Positions 18,868 to 29,315 of a stretch of 64,000 nucleotides of DNA are shown here, piece by piece. Origin of the DNA: Phycisphaerae bacterium. GTDB lineage: Bacteria > Planctomycetota > Phycisphaerae > UBA1845. Numbering within the stretch: the stretch's first letter is position 1; every line of letters begins with the position of its first letter. The translations under genes were made by a program, and so were the position numbers. The stretch spans positions 20,770-84,769 of the forward strand of contig JABWBH010000014.1 in NCBI GenBank assembly GCA_013360585.1, read 5' to 3'. Below the pieces are notes generated by a model. That model ran no database searches and was not told the origin of the DNA. It saw only the letters and a list, made by a program, of their open reading frames with translations.

Positions 18868-21714
18868 ATGCATTCGAACCGCTGGTTGAAACCGGGATTG
18901 ATGAGTCTCGCGGGCGTCGCCGCGATCCTGTGCTTGCCGGGATGTCCTCCCCGAGGCGTCACCCCTGCGAACGATAACGAAGGCGGGACCGGCCGACCGA
19001 TTCCGATCCGGCTGGCGGTTGCCGCCGAGACGTTCACCTTGACTGAACCGGGACAAGCGGTCCAGTTGACCGTCGAGAGCGTCTCTTCGGACGGAAGCCG
19101 CAACGACGTGACCGACGCGGCTTCCGGGACGACCTATCACACCACGTCCGAGGGCGTCGTCACCGTATCCGACGACGGGCTTGTGACAGCCGCGGGCGAG
19201 GGGCAGACGACGGTTCTGGTCGTCAACGCCGGCCTGTCCGCTCGTCGTCGTGTCACGGTTGATTTCGCGGACGACGCCGTGGTCCGCCTTGAGGTGGCAC
19301 CCGCAACCGTCACCTTCACCGATCCGGACGACACGGTGCAGCTTGCGGTGACCGGCGTTCGAAATGACGGCGGCAGCGAGAACCTGACTTCCGCCGCGGC
19401 GGGCACGACCTATCAGAGTTCTTCGACGTCGGTTGTGACCGTGTCCAACGGTGGCCTGCTTCGACCGGTTGCGGACGGCGTCGCGGAGGTCGTTGTTCGC
19501 AATGCGAATCTTGCGTTCACGGTGGACGTGACGGTGCGCTTCGGCGACGCACCGCCGCCCGGATCGCGTCTCATCGCGCTGAGCGTCACCCCCGCGCAGT
19601 TCACTTTCACCGCGACCGGTCAGACGCAGCAGCTTGAAGTGCTCGGGACTTTTGAATTCGAGGATGCGGGAGGACAGACGCAGCGCGTGACCGTCGATGT
19701 CACGTCCCCGGCGGATGGTACGACCTACCGCTCATCCGCGCCCGGCGTGGCGACGGTCGATGTTCGAGGGTTGGTGGCGGTCGCTCTGACGACGGGAGCA
19801 GGATCGGCGGTCATCACGGTTGAAAACGACGGCGTTCAAGCGACCGCGCGCGTCACGGTCAGCATTCCCCCGAATAACGGCGGCGGCGGGGGGGGCGGCG
19901 GGGGGGGCGGCGGCGGCGGCGGCGAGGATATCCTGCTGGGATGGTCGCTTCGTCCGCTTCCCGATCCGCGCAACAGTCACGCGATGGCGTACGACGCGGC
20001 GCGGCGGCAGACGGTCCTTTTTGGCGGATACGGCACGCGCATTCTCGGCGGCACGTGGACGTGGGATGGGTCGGGAGACTGGCGGCTTGCTCAGGACGAA
20101 GGCCGACTCGACGCTCCGTCCCCGCGGTATTCGCACGCGATGGCGTATGACTCGGTTCGAGAGGTCGTCGTGCTTTTCGGCGGCACCAACGGGACGACGC
20201 GCAACGGCGAAACCTGGGAGTGGAACGGCGCCGCCTGGATCCAGCGAATTGTTGACAGTCCGGGCGAGGTCAGCTCGCACGCGATGGCGTACGACGCCGG
20301 TCGCGGCGTCACCGTCTTGTTCGGCGGTTCGGATTCCGACAACAATTTGCGCGGACAGACGTGGGAGTGGGACGGCGCCTCGTGGTCGCGGCGCGACGAC
20401 AAGGGCGAGGGGCCTGCGCCGCGCATTCAATCCGCGATGACCTACGACGCTGCAGCCGGGATGGTCATCCTTTTCGGCGGCGACACCGAGACGGAGTTCG
20501 CGCAGGGCGAAGGCGGCGGCGACGAGGGGGTTCTTAACGACACGTGGGGCTGGGACGGGCAGACGTGGACGCTCCTCGATGACGGGCAGTCGAAGGACGC
20601 CCCCTCGCCACGCAAGGGGCACTCGCTCTGTTACGACGCTGAACTGGAACGCGTGATTCTTCACGGCGGTGGAAACGGAGAGTCGGACACGCGGACCTGG
20701 CAGTGGGACGGAACATCGTGGCAGCCGCTGATCGGTCCTACCCCCGGGGCGAGGACATCCACCGCGATGGTTTACGATGCTTCACGGCGCACCGCCGTGC
20801 TCTTCGGCGGTTTTGACGGCGACGATGACGGCGAAGTCTGGGAGCTGGCGTCCGGACGCTGGTCGCTGCGGACCGACAGCATCCGACCGACCCCCAGACA
20901 CCTGCACGCGATGACCTTCGACGCGGTTCGCGGGCGCACCGTACTTTTCGGAGGCTCTGACGGCGAGCCGGATGGAGAAACGTGGGAGTACGACGGGCGG
21001 CTCTGGGCGCTGCGGAGCGTCGGCGGTCCGTCCCCGCGCGTTTCCTCCGCGATGACGTTTGATACGTCCCGTCAGGCGTGCGTGCTGGTCGGTGGGCAGA
21101 ACAACATCCTGGAGGGCGACGCGTGGACCTGGAACGGCGCTCGCTGGACGCAGTTGCCCGCCGCCGGTCCTTCCGGACGACACGGGCATGCGCTCGCCTA
21201 CGATGCCGCCCGTGACGAGATCGTCCTCTTCGGCGGATACGACGGGCAGTATGACGGCGAAACCTGGGTGCTTCGCGGGGATCAGTGGACCCTCGTCTCG
21301 ACGACCGGTCCGGTTCCGCGCATCAAGCATGCGATGGTTTATGACGCCGAACGAGCACGCGTCGTCCTTTACGGCGGGTTCAACGGACGCGATCTCGGCG
21401 ACACCTGGATCTGGGACGGGCAGTCCTGGACCGAGGTGGCCGTCGCCGGTCCGCCGGTGCGTTCCGGACATTCCCTGGTCTACGACTCTGTGCGCCGGGT
21501 TTCGCTCGCCTTCGGCGGCAGAACCCTCGGGGTTCCCAGCAATCAGACCTGGATGTGGAACGGACAAGCGTGGACGGCGTTTTCGTTCACCGGACCGTCA
21601 GGTCGTTACGACCACGGGTTCGCGTACGACGTGTTCCGCGCGACCGGCGTGTTGTTCGGCGGATTCAACGGACCGGTGCTCGACGATACCTGGGAGGTCA
21701 CCGGCCCCCGGTAA
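18868..21714 (+). CDS. Lipoprotein with three Ig-like (Big_2-type) domains, poly-Gly linker and Kelch-like beta-propeller repeats
   Basis: LPGC lipobox; three VT..GTTY.SS...V.TV...GL.. units; Gly15; about 12 HAMAYD..R...VLFGG...TWEWDG repeats. Confidence 0.88.
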   Translation: MHSNRWLKPGLMSLAGVAAILCLPGCPPRGVTPANDNEGGTGRPIPIRLAVAAETFTLTEPGQAVQLTVESVSSDGSRNDVTDAASGTTYHTTSEGVVTVSDDGLVTAAGEGQTTVLVVNAGLSARRRVTVDFADDAVVRLEVAPATVTFTDPDDTVQLAVTGVRNDGGSENLTSAAAGTTYQSSSTSVVTVSNGGLLRPVADGVAEVVVRNANLAFTVDVTVRFGDAPPPGSRLIALSVTPAQFTFTATGQTQQLEVLGTFEFEDAGGQTQRVTVDVTSPADGTTYRSSAPGVATVDVRGLVAVALTTGAGSAVITVENDGVQATARVTVSIPPNNGGGGGGGGGGGGGGGEDILLGWSLRPLPDPRNSHAMAYDAARRQTVLFGGYGTRILGGTWTWDGSGDWRLAQDEGRLDAPSPRYSHAMAYDSVREVVVLFGGTNGTTRNGETWEWNGAAWIQRIVDSPGEVSSHAMAYDAGRGVTVLFGGSDSDNNLRGQTWEWDGASWSRRDDKGEGPAPRIQSAMTYDAAAGMVILFGGDTETEFAQGEGGGDEGVLNDTWGWDGQTWTLLDDGQSKDAPSPRKGHSLCYDAELERVILHGGGNGESDTRTWQWDGTSWQPLIGPTPGARTSTAMVYDASRRTAVLFGGFDGDDDGEVWELASGRWSLRTDSIRPTPRHLHAMTFDAVRGRTVLFGGSDGEPDGETWEYDGRLWALRSVGGPSPRVSSAMTFDTSRQACVLVGGQNNILEGDAWTWNGARWTQLPAAGPSGRHGHALAYDAARDEIVLFGGYDGQYDGETWVLRGDQWTLVSTTGPVPRIKHAMVYDAERARVVLYGGFNGRDLGDTWIWDGQSWTEVAVAGPPVRSGHSLVYDSVRRVSLAFGGRTLGVPSNQTWMWNGQAWTAFSFTGPSGRYDHGFAYDVFRATGVLFGGFNGPVLDDTWEVTGPR

Positions 21715-21806
21715 TCCCGGAAAGCGGCTCGACCGGGGTTTGACTCGGGTTCTGGAAAACGGAACGGGCGGCTGGGACGAAGATTCCGTCCCGCCGCCCC
21801 GCTGCA

Positions 21807-21879
21807 CACCCCCTAGGGGATTCGAACCCCTGTCTCCAGGATGAGAACCTGATATCCTAGTCCACTAGACGAAGGGGGC
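21807..21879 (-). tRNA. tRNA-Glu(CTC)
   Basis: GCCCCCTTCGTCTAGTGGACTAGGATATCAGGTTCTCATCCTGGAGACAGGGGTTCGAATCCCCTAGGGGGTG folds as a cloverleaf with anticodon CTC. CCA is not encoded. Confidence 0.96.
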
Positions 21880-21912
21880 CTGTTTCCGGCCCTTTCACGG
21901 CGCTTCCGGGGG

Positions 21913-21940
21913 AGCATATTCCGCCGTCGGGGAAGGTCAA
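21913..21940 (-). promoter_or_regulatory. sigma70-like promoter of tRNA-Glu
   Basis: TTGACC-16 nt-TATGCT on the minus strand, about 35 nt upstream of the tRNA. Confidence 0.5.
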
Positions 21941-22074
21941 GAGGCGCAAGGTTCGGTCGAAATCGACGACTGAACGACCCGACGGCTTCCCGCGCTTCAT
22001 CGCGGACTCCCCGGATACCGTCCTTTCACGCTCCCGTCCGTTCTCTTCCCGCAACCTGCGAATCCGGAAAGCCC

Positions 22075-23190
22075 TCACGCCTCCCCGAACCGCAACCGGA
22101 AGCAAACGTCCGGCCCGACCCGGCGCACCGTCACGTTCGCCGCCCGCATCGCGGATCGCAACGTCGGCAGATTCAGCTCCGCGCCGACCTGCGGTGCGCC
22201 GCGACCTCCGATCAGCATCGGGTGAACATACACCCACGCCTCATCCAGATCGTGCGCCGACAGCATCGCTGCGAGCACGCACGCTCCGCCCTCGACCAGC
22301 ACGTTGGTCATTTCCCGCCGACCCAGCTCCCGCAGGACGGACCGCACCCCGGGACGCCGCCCCGATCGCGCCACTCCGACCACCTCGACCCCGCGACGAC
22401 GCAGCGCCGCCGCCCGCGCGGAGCGGGCCGCATCCGTCGTCGTCATCAAAATCACCGGACCTTCGGCGACCGACCGGATCAACCGGCTCGTCGTCGGCGT
22501 CCGCAGCTGCGAGTCCAGAACGACGCGCGCCGCCCGACGCCGCACGCGCCCTCCGCGCGCCGTCAACATCGGATCGTCTTTGAGAACCGTGCCGACGCCG
22601 ACCAGGATCGCGTCGACACGAGCCCGAAGCGCATGCGCCTCGCGCCGCGCCGCCTCGCCTGAAATCCACTTCGACGTGCCGTCCGCCGCCGCCAGCCGCC
22701 CGTCGAGGCTTTGCGCCCACTTCCCGATCACATACGGGCGACCCGTCGTGATGCGTTTCCGGAACGGCGCGATCAGCTCCCGACCTTCGCGTTCCAGCAG
22801 TCCGGTGGTCGCCTTCACGCCCGCGCGCCGCAAGCGCCGCAGCCCCGCGCCGTTGACGCGGGGATTCGGATCCGTCGTTGACGCAACGACTTCCCTGACG
22901 CCGGCCCGGATCAGAGCGTCCGCGCACGGCGGTGTTTTCCCGTGGTAACTGCAAGGCTCCAGCGTGACGTAAGCCGTCGCACCTTCGGCGGCCTGACCCG
23001 CCTGACGCAGCGCGTACACTTCGGCGTGAGGACCGCCGAATCGCCGGTGCCAACCCTCGCCGACAATCCGCCCGTCCTTGACGAGCACGCAGCCGACCAT
23101 CGGGTTCGGCTCGACCCGGCCCAGGCCCCGCCGCGCCAGGCGCAGCGCCCGGCGCATCAACACCTCAGGATCGAATGTCGCCGACGGCAT
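22075..23190 (-). CDS. ribD: Riboflavin biosynthesis deaminase/reductase
   Basis: PNPMVGCV, HAE, TLEPCSYHGKTPPC, KWAQSLDG and VLVEGG. Confidence 0.96.
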   Translation of the reverse strand: MPSATFDPEVLMRRALRLARRGLGRVEPNPMVGCVLVKDGRIVGEGWHRRFGGPHAEVYALRQAGQAAEGATAYVTLEPCSYHGKTPPCADALIRAGVREVVASTTDPNPRVNGAGLRRLRRAGVKATTGLLEREGRELIAPFRKRITTGRPYVIGKWAQSLDGRLAAADGTSKWISGEAARREAHALRARVDAILVGVGTVLKDDPMLTARGGRVRRRAARVVLDSQLRTPTTSRLIRSVAEGPVILMTTTDAARSARAAALRRRGVEVVGVARSGRRPGVRSVLRELGRREMTNVLVEGGACVLAAMLSAHDLDEAWVYVHPMLIGGRGAPQVGAELNLPTLRSAMRAANVTVRRVGPDVCFRLRFGEA

Positions 23191-23995
23191 CGCCGCGCGC
23201 CTCCGCACCGGACGTCGCCCCGCGCCCGGGCGTTTCAAGTGCAGGCGGGTTCGCCGCCGCTTGACTCCCGGACCGCTCGGTCCGCGCCGGATCTCCGGTG
23301 CGCCAAAGGTGGCCCATCAACAACAGAACGCCGCACACCAGAAGGCTGTCCGCCACGTTGAAGATCCACGGCCAGATGCTGCGCCCGCCGGCGATCGGAA
23401 CCCACGACGGGAATTCCGGAATGATGTGAATGAAGTCGCGCACGACGCCTTGCGCGCGGATGTCCAGCACCGAGGTCGCCGGAATCAACCGGGGATCGGA
23501 CCCGTCCGGCCAGGTTCCCAGCCCGATCAACCCCTCGCGCACGTCGCTGCGCACCACGCCGACGTCCGTGCGCAGGTCTCCCGCCGCGGTCCGCCAGCGC
23601 ACGACTTCCGCCTTGACGAACGACCGGTCGTAGAGGTTGCCCAGTGCCCCCGCGAGGATCATCCCCAGCGCTACGTGCAATGCACGGTGACGCTTCGAGC
23701 TGCCGATGAAAAGAAACAGCACGAACATCAGCGCCAGCGCCGACGCCGCGATGAACACCGTCACCAGCCCCGCTCCCAGTCCGAACACCGCGCCGGGATT
23801 CAACGACCGCCGGAACTCCAGCACCCCGCTGAGGATCGGGCGGCTTTCGCCCGCGTCCAGGGTCCGGAAGGCCCAGCCCTTCGACCACAGATCCAGCGCC
23901 AGGCCGAGCCCCGCGACGATCCAGAAGCGCAGGTTGGCGCGAGGGTCGCGCCACGCCGCCAGGTGCTGATGCCCGTCGCTCCGCTCGGTGGTCAT
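23165..23995 (-). CDS. lspA: Signal peptidase II
   Basis: DLWSK, NPGAVFG, GALGNLYDR, VRDFI and WPWIFNVADS, with a long insertion between DR and VRDF. Confidence 0.9.
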   Translation of the reverse strand: MTTERSDGHQHLAAWRDPRANLRFWIVAGLGLALDLWSKGWAFRTLDAGESRPILSGVLEFRRSLNPGAVFGLGAGLVTVFIAASALALMFVLFLFIGSSKRHRALHVALGMILAGALGNLYDRSFVKAEVVRWRTAAGDLRTDVGVVRSDVREGLIGLGTWPDGSDPRLIPATSVLDIRAQGVVRDFIHIIPEFPSWVPIAGGRSIWPWIFNVADSLLVCGVLLLMGHLWRTGDPARTERSGSQAAANPPALETPGRGATSGAEARGDAVGDIRS

Positions 23996-24207
23996 GTTCG
24001 AGGTTATACCGGTTCGTCTCGGTTCATCCAACGCTGGATGGGAGACCCCACGGCCCCGCGACGAATCTCCGTCGGGTCGGGGTGCATGACCGATGCCGAA
24101 CGTCCTCTCGGGAACGCCCCGGGAAAACGAACTCCCGCGCGCCGTTCGACGCGCGGGAGTCTGGTTGCATGACGGCGGTTCTCTTCAACGCCCCCCGACC
24201 GGCGCCT

Positions 24208-27200
24208 CTACGGAAGGCGGTTCGACCCGAAGTTGTTGCCGTAGATGATGTACACTTCGCCCGTGTTCCGGCGGCGCCCGACGGACGCATCGCCGTCCGG
24301 CGCTTCCGGTCCCTGCGGGAAGTTCAGGTTGATGAAGTCCGCCTGCGCATTTCCGATGCCGATGTCGTCATAACCGTCCGAGTTGATGTCGCCGATCAGC
24401 GCCGCAATCTCAGGCGCCGCTTCGTTCGGACGACCGGCGACGAACGGACTCGTGAACACGATGCCCGGCAGCCGGTCCGTCCCGACGTCCGCGAGGGAGT
24501 AAATGCGGTTCGTCAGGTGCGGACCGCCGAAGACCAGGTACACGACGCCCTTACGCGTCCGTCCGTTGGCGTCCGTCACCAGTTTGCCGGGTGCGGTGAT
24601 CAGCAGATCGCCGTACCCGTCCCGGTTGAAGTCGCCGGCGGTCTCCACGCTCGTGCCCGCGCGGTCCAGCGACGCCGCGCCGTAGAAGATCGTGCCCGGA
24701 AGGTCCGGCGTCGCCACCTGGTTCAGCTCGAAATCTCCGTCGATCGTGATGCCGCCGAAGATCACGCCGACGTACCCGTTGTCCACGATGTGCCCGCAGC
24801 AGTCCGACCCTCCCTGATCAAGACAGTCGAACACCTCGCGGTCCAGATCGTCGATCAACCCGTCGTTGTTGTAGTCGAAGGCCTTGCACGCATCATCGGT
24901 GAAGACCTCCTCGCCCACCGTGTCGCGGCAATTGTTGAAATCGCCCAGAACGAAATCGTTGTCGTTCACCACGCCGTCGTCATTGAAATCGCGCCCGCAG
25001 GCCTGCGTCCGGGCGACGCCGTAGTCCGCGTGCGGCGATCCGAAGAAGATGTCATCGAGACGGTCGCCGTTGATGTCCAGTCCGGATGACTGCGACCATC
25101 CGATCCGGTCGCCGCGACGGGCGCCGCGGACGCGGACCATCGGATAACGATCCAGCGGATCGTCCGCATCAGCAAGATTCACCTCACCCAGGAAGTTCTT
25201 GCCCTGGATGATGTACATCGCCCCGGAATCCTGAATGCCCGGGCGGTCGTTCAGCGGCGCTCCGCAGAGAACGTCCGGCACGTTGTCAAGGTTCACGTCG
25301 CCGGCGAACTGCCCGTCATGCAGGAAGTCCTCAACGTCCTCCGCGAAGATCTCGAACGTGTCGTTCGGAATCGTGAGCGTCCGGTCATCGCCGCCGGGGA
25401 CGCACGCGCCGTCCGTCCGGAACGGCAGCATCGCGTTTCCGTCGTCGTCCGAGAAGGCCCCGGAACCGTAATCAAAGCCCTGGAGGATCGTGATGCTTCC
25501 GAAGAACAATGTCGAGGTCAGGTGCGTCGATCCGAGGAAGCCGTACTCATCTTCCAGCGTCTGAATATGAAGCTCGTTCCGAGGCGACGAAATGATGATC
25601 TCCGGGAACGTGTCCAGATTCAGATCCGGAATCCACGCCACGTTGTAACCGAAGTAGTCGTCGCGCGTCGGCTGATTGAGCAGATACGGATCGCGGAACT
25701 CGAACAACCCGGCGACCACCCGGATGCCGTCGATGCGCCCCGCGGTCGAAGCCTGCGCCCGTTGCGTAAAGCCTTCGGCCAGTGTGATCGGCTCCTGTCC
25801 GACGAGTTCGAGCGTCAGCGCGGTATCCCACAACCGTGTGAACGGCGCCCGGGCCGCGTCGTTATCGCGGTTCTCGCTGTTGATGAACGTCACCATCCCG
25901 CCGTAGTAGCGATAGTTGTCGTTCGAGGGGATCGCGTCCGTCCAGTTGTCCGTCACCAGGTCCGGGTAGCAATCCACCGCAAACGGCCGGTTCCGCGAGT
26001 ACGTGATCGACAGCGTCGGGCGGAGCCTGGCGTTCGCGTTGTATTCGCTCGACCGGATCGCCGCCGGCGAGGGCGACGCCGAAAACGCCCCGGTCGCCTG
26101 AATGAGGAACCTCAATTCGTTAATGTCCACCAGCGGATCGTTGGCGTCGTCGCCGGTGTTCGACCCCTGCAGGGTGCCTTGCAGAAGCTGCTGAACCAGT
26201 TCCGACACGTCGATCGTCACTTCATCCGTGTCGTCCGCGTTGATCGTCCCGATCAGACCCTGGTTGTTGCCCTGCCCGGTGAACGAGTAATCCACGTCCG
26301 CCTGCGGGTCGGCGCCGTTCTTGGCGAACGTCGAATACGTCGTGCTTTCATCGAAATTCGTGAACGCCTGGTAGATCAGACCGTTGTCCCCGGTCCGGAA
26401 TACGTTCAGGGTCAGCGTCGCCTGCACCTCCGGAATGTCGATGTCGCCCGGCTGATCGCCGAGGTCCGACAGCACCGAAAGAACATCTCGGAACTTGATC
26501 AGCGTCCACTGCGTGCCCGTCGTGGGGTCCACGTTCCAGATGAGTTCGGTGTTCTGGCCGGTCGCGTCGTTCTGATCGCCCAGGGGGCAGTTGTTCCCCT
26601 GGCAACTGCTGATGACCAGGTCATCCACGCCGCTGTAAGTCGCGTCGACGACGACGTCGCCTGCACCGACGTTCTCCGTCACCTGCCCTTGACGGATGCG
26701 CACCGTCACCTGCTCCTCCTCGTCGGCTTCCGGGTCCGAGTCCGACGGATCCATGTCAAACCCCGAGAACGCCCCCTCCACGCGCGGCTGGCCCACCAGC
26801 AGCTCCGGACGTCCGTCGCCGGTCACGTCCGGAAGGAAGCTCGCGTCGTTGATGCCCAGCGTGAACAACCCCTGCCGCCCCCGGTAAGGCCGAACCGGCG
26901 TCCCCTCGAAGATACAGCCCTGGATCGCTTCGGCCGTGCCGTTGGCCGGATACCGTCCGCCGTAGCGGATGCCGGCATTGCCGTAAATGAGGTACGCCTC
27001 GCCCACGCGACCGACGTTGCGCGGATTGCCGAACTGGGCGATCATGAAAAAGTCGTCCGCTCCGTCGGCATCGAAGTCGGTGAGCGTGGTCAGGTTATGT
27101 CCGAGTCGCGCCCCGGGGGTGAACCCGTAGAAGACGGACCCCGAAACGGTGCGCCCCGCGTCAAAAAGATCGACCTCGCCGAACGCGAGTTTCACGATGC

Positions 27201-28101
27201 TGATCGTTCCGTCGGCGTAGTCATGCACCGGCGGGTTGTTCAGGTCCACGATCGTCGCCCGGATGAAATACGGCTCGCCCGCGGCGCGCTGCGGAATCTC
27301 CGAGAGCTGGATCGGAACCGCGAACGTGATCGCCCCGGTGTCCGCGCTGGTCAGCGCCCGCTCCTCGAGGAGAATGATGCCTTCCCCCGGGTTCGCCGGG
27401 TCGTCGTTCGTCGGGTTCTCATCCAGGTCCAGCACAATGTACAACGTCGGGTTGCTGTCCGGGTCGTAGGGCGTGACGCCGTCGCCTCCGAGCGCCGTAG
27501 GCGCCACGACGATGGTCAGAATGTCTTCCTCCGCAAGACTCTGATCAAACTGCGGCGTGAGCACGAACACGCGGGGCGGGCTCGTCGGCGGCTGCTCGCC
27601 TTCACCGGTGATCGTCACCACTACGCGCCTCGCGTTCGGCGCGGGCGTCTGCGCAAACACGGTCACCACGTTGGTTCCGTCGGTGATCGTGCCCTGAATG
27701 TTATACGTTCCGCGCGGAACCAGCGCCGTCGGCGCCGCAAACGAGTCCGGACCCTCGTCGTCGTTCTCAGGAATGTTCGAGACCAGCGTGATCACGGAGC
27801 TGGTCTGCGTATTGACCAGCGCGAAGCTGATCCGCGCCGCGCTGTCCTGATCGCTGTCCACCCAACTGATCGGCAGCGGCTGACCCTGACCGACCGACAG
27901 ATCCGCGATCGGGCTGATGATCTCCAGGGTAGGGCGGGAGTTTCCGGCCCCGGTGTCGCCGCCGACGACGACGTTCGGCTGAGGGGCCACCCCGCATCCG
28001 CCGATCGTGACCGCGATCCCCACCGTCAGGATCAACCCCGCACTCATCCGTCCCGCAGCGAATTCCGAAGGACTCACATGCCTCATCGGGTCTGACTCCA
28101 A
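24208..28101 (-). CDS. Large secreted lipoprotein with FG-GAP/integrin-alpha-like repeats and dockerin/EF-hand-like Ca-binding motifs
   Basis: IGGC lipobox; repeats DFDADGADDF, DVTGDGRPELLVG, GDFNRDGYGDLLITAPG, GDINSDGYDDIGIG; paired DFNDDGVVNDND and DYNNDGLIDDLD motifs. Exact start uncertain. Confidence 0.85.
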   Translation of the reverse strand: MESDPMRHVSPSEFAAGRMSAGLILTVGIAVTIGGCGVAPQPNVVVGGDTGAGNSRPTLEIISPIADLSVGQGQPLPISWVDSDQDSAARISFALVNTQTSSVITLVSNIPENDDEGPDSFAAPTALVPRGTYNIQGTITDGTNVVTVFAQTPAPNARRVVVTITGEGEQPPTSPPRVFVLTPQFDQSLAEEDILTIVVAPTALGGDGVTPYDPDSNPTLYIVLDLDENPTNDDPANPGEGIILLEERALTSADTGAITFAVPIQLSEIPQRAAGEPYFIRATIVDLNNPPVHDYADGTISIVKLAFGEVDLFDAGRTVSGSVFYGFTPGARLGHNLTTLTDFDADGADDFFMIAQFGNPRNVGRVGEAYLIYGNAGIRYGGRYPANGTAEAIQGCIFEGTPVRPYRGRQGLFTLGINDASFLPDVTGDGRPELLVGQPRVEGAFSGFDMDPSDSDPEADEEEQVTVRIRQGQVTENVGAGDVVVDATYSGVDDLVISSCQGNNCPLGDQNDATGQNTELIWNVDPTTGTQWTLIKFRDVLSVLSDLGDQPGDIDIPEVQATLTLNVFRTGDNGLIYQAFTNFDESTTYSTFAKNGADPQADVDYSFTGQGNNQGLIGTINADDTDEVTIDVSELVQQLLQGTLQGSNTGDDANDPLVDINELRFLIQATGAFSASPSPAAIRSSEYNANARLRPTLSITYSRNRPFAVDCYPDLVTDNWTDAIPSNDNYRYYGGMVTFINSENRDNDAARAPFTRLWDTALTLELVGQEPITLAEGFTQRAQASTAGRIDGIRVVAGLFEFRDPYLLNQPTRDDYFGYNVAWIPDLNLDTFPEIIISSPRNELHIQTLEDEYGFLGSTHLTSTLFFGSITILQGFDYGSGAFSDDDGNAMLPFRTDGACVPGGDDRTLTIPNDTFEIFAEDVEDFLHDGQFAGDVNLDNVPDVLCGAPLNDRPGIQDSGAMYIIQGKNFLGEVNLADADDPLDRYPMVRVRGARRGDRIGWSQSSGLDINGDRLDDIFFGSPHADYGVARTQACGRDFNDDGVVNDNDFVLGDFNNCRDTVGEEVFTDDACKAFDYNNDGLIDDLDREVFDCLDQGGSDCCGHIVDNGYVGVIFGGITIDGDFELNQVATPDLPGTIFYGAASLDRAGTSVETAGDFNRDGYGDLLITAPGKLVTDANGRTRKGVVYLVFGGPHLTNRIYSLADVGTDRLPGIVFTSPFVAGRPNEAAPEIAALIGDINSDGYDDIGIGNAQADFINLNFPQGPEAPDGDASVGRRRNTGEVYIIYGNNFGSNRLP

Positions 28102-28482
28102 AATCTTTATTCAGAACGCATCCGCACCGTCTCGCGTGCGGCAAACCCCCGTCCAGCCGACGTAGAGAAAGATGACACCCAGGTCGATGTTGTCTTGCAG
28201 AGGGCGCCGACCTTAAGGAGCGGTTCCTTCGACGACGCACGGTTCTGCTGAAATCGCAACTTCGCCTCAATTCAAGCCTGTCCGGTCTGGAATTCGACCA
28301 GCGGTCAACCCCGGAACACCCCTCCGTGCCTTAAGTCCGCGAATCCCGTTGCCAGGTCGCCGATGCTGCGGCACAAGGCGGACAGACCAGTCCCATCCTA
28401 GGGGCGACGCAGATGTCCCGTCAATCGAACCCCGCTTGACCGTGCGAGGCCTGAAAACCGGAACGACAACGTGGAACCTGAA

Positions 28483-29025
28483 TCAGGCAAGTCCTGCCAA
28501 TCCGGGCCGGATCGCCAGAACGATCGCGATAATGACCCGTGCATAAATCCCTGCGACGACGTCATCGCCCACGACGCCCCACCCTCCCGGGCACCGCTTT
28601 TCCACCCAGTTCGCCGGCGGAATCTTCAGAATGTCGAACGCCCGCTCCAGAACCCACGCCGTCACCGCCAGCCGCCACGACCACGGCAGGAACGCCACCG
28701 CGATCAGGTACCCCGCCACCTCATCCCAGACCAGCACCCGGCTGTCTTTCTCTCCGAGCATTCGATCGCCGACGGCATGAACCGCGATGGACAATCCGCA
28801 GAACACGACGATGACCGCCCCCCAGAGGAGCGCCGTTGCGTTGAGCCGCTCCGCAAGCACCCAGTACGCGGGGATTCCCACCACCGCCGCCGCCACGGTC
28901 CCCGACGCCGGAAGATGGCCGATCGGACCGAACGACCCGACCGCCAGAAGGGCGCGATGCAGGGCGGGCCTGGAAGACGCCGTGTCGCACGAAGGTTCTT
29001 CTGAAGAAGTCATCATCCCGTCCAT
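28483..29025 (-). CDS. pgpA: Phosphatidylglycerophosphatase A
   Basis: GHLPASGT, KDSRVLVWDEVAG, RAFDILKIPP and GGWGVVGDDVVAG. Confidence 0.92.
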   Translation of the reverse strand: MDGMMTSSEEPSCDTASSRPALHRALLAVGSFGPIGHLPASGTVAAAVVGIPAYWVLAERLNATALLWGAVIVVFCGLSIAVHAVGDRMLGEKDSRVLVWDEVAGYLIAVAFLPWSWRLAVTAWVLERAFDILKIPPANWVEKRCPGGWGVVGDDVVAGIYARVIIAIVLAIRPGLAGLA

Positions 29026-29315
29026 CTTCGGTCCCTCCGTGGTGAACCGTCAATGTCGAGATCTCGAAATCAAACCGCTTCCGCTCACCCTTGAAGTCGC
29101 GCCGCGACGTCAAGGGTGAGGAAGCTGGCTTCTGGCAGTCAAGCACGAAGGCGGAACCCCTGCCGCGGAGTCGCGCATGAGCGTGAGCTGCTGCGAACTC
29201 AGCGCCCGACCATCGGAGTCATGTGGAGACCCGGGCCTTTTCATTGCACGGCGGGGCGGACCGGGTTTGCCTTCATTGCACCCTGGCGCGGCAAGCCGGA
29301 TGATCGGGCAGCCTG

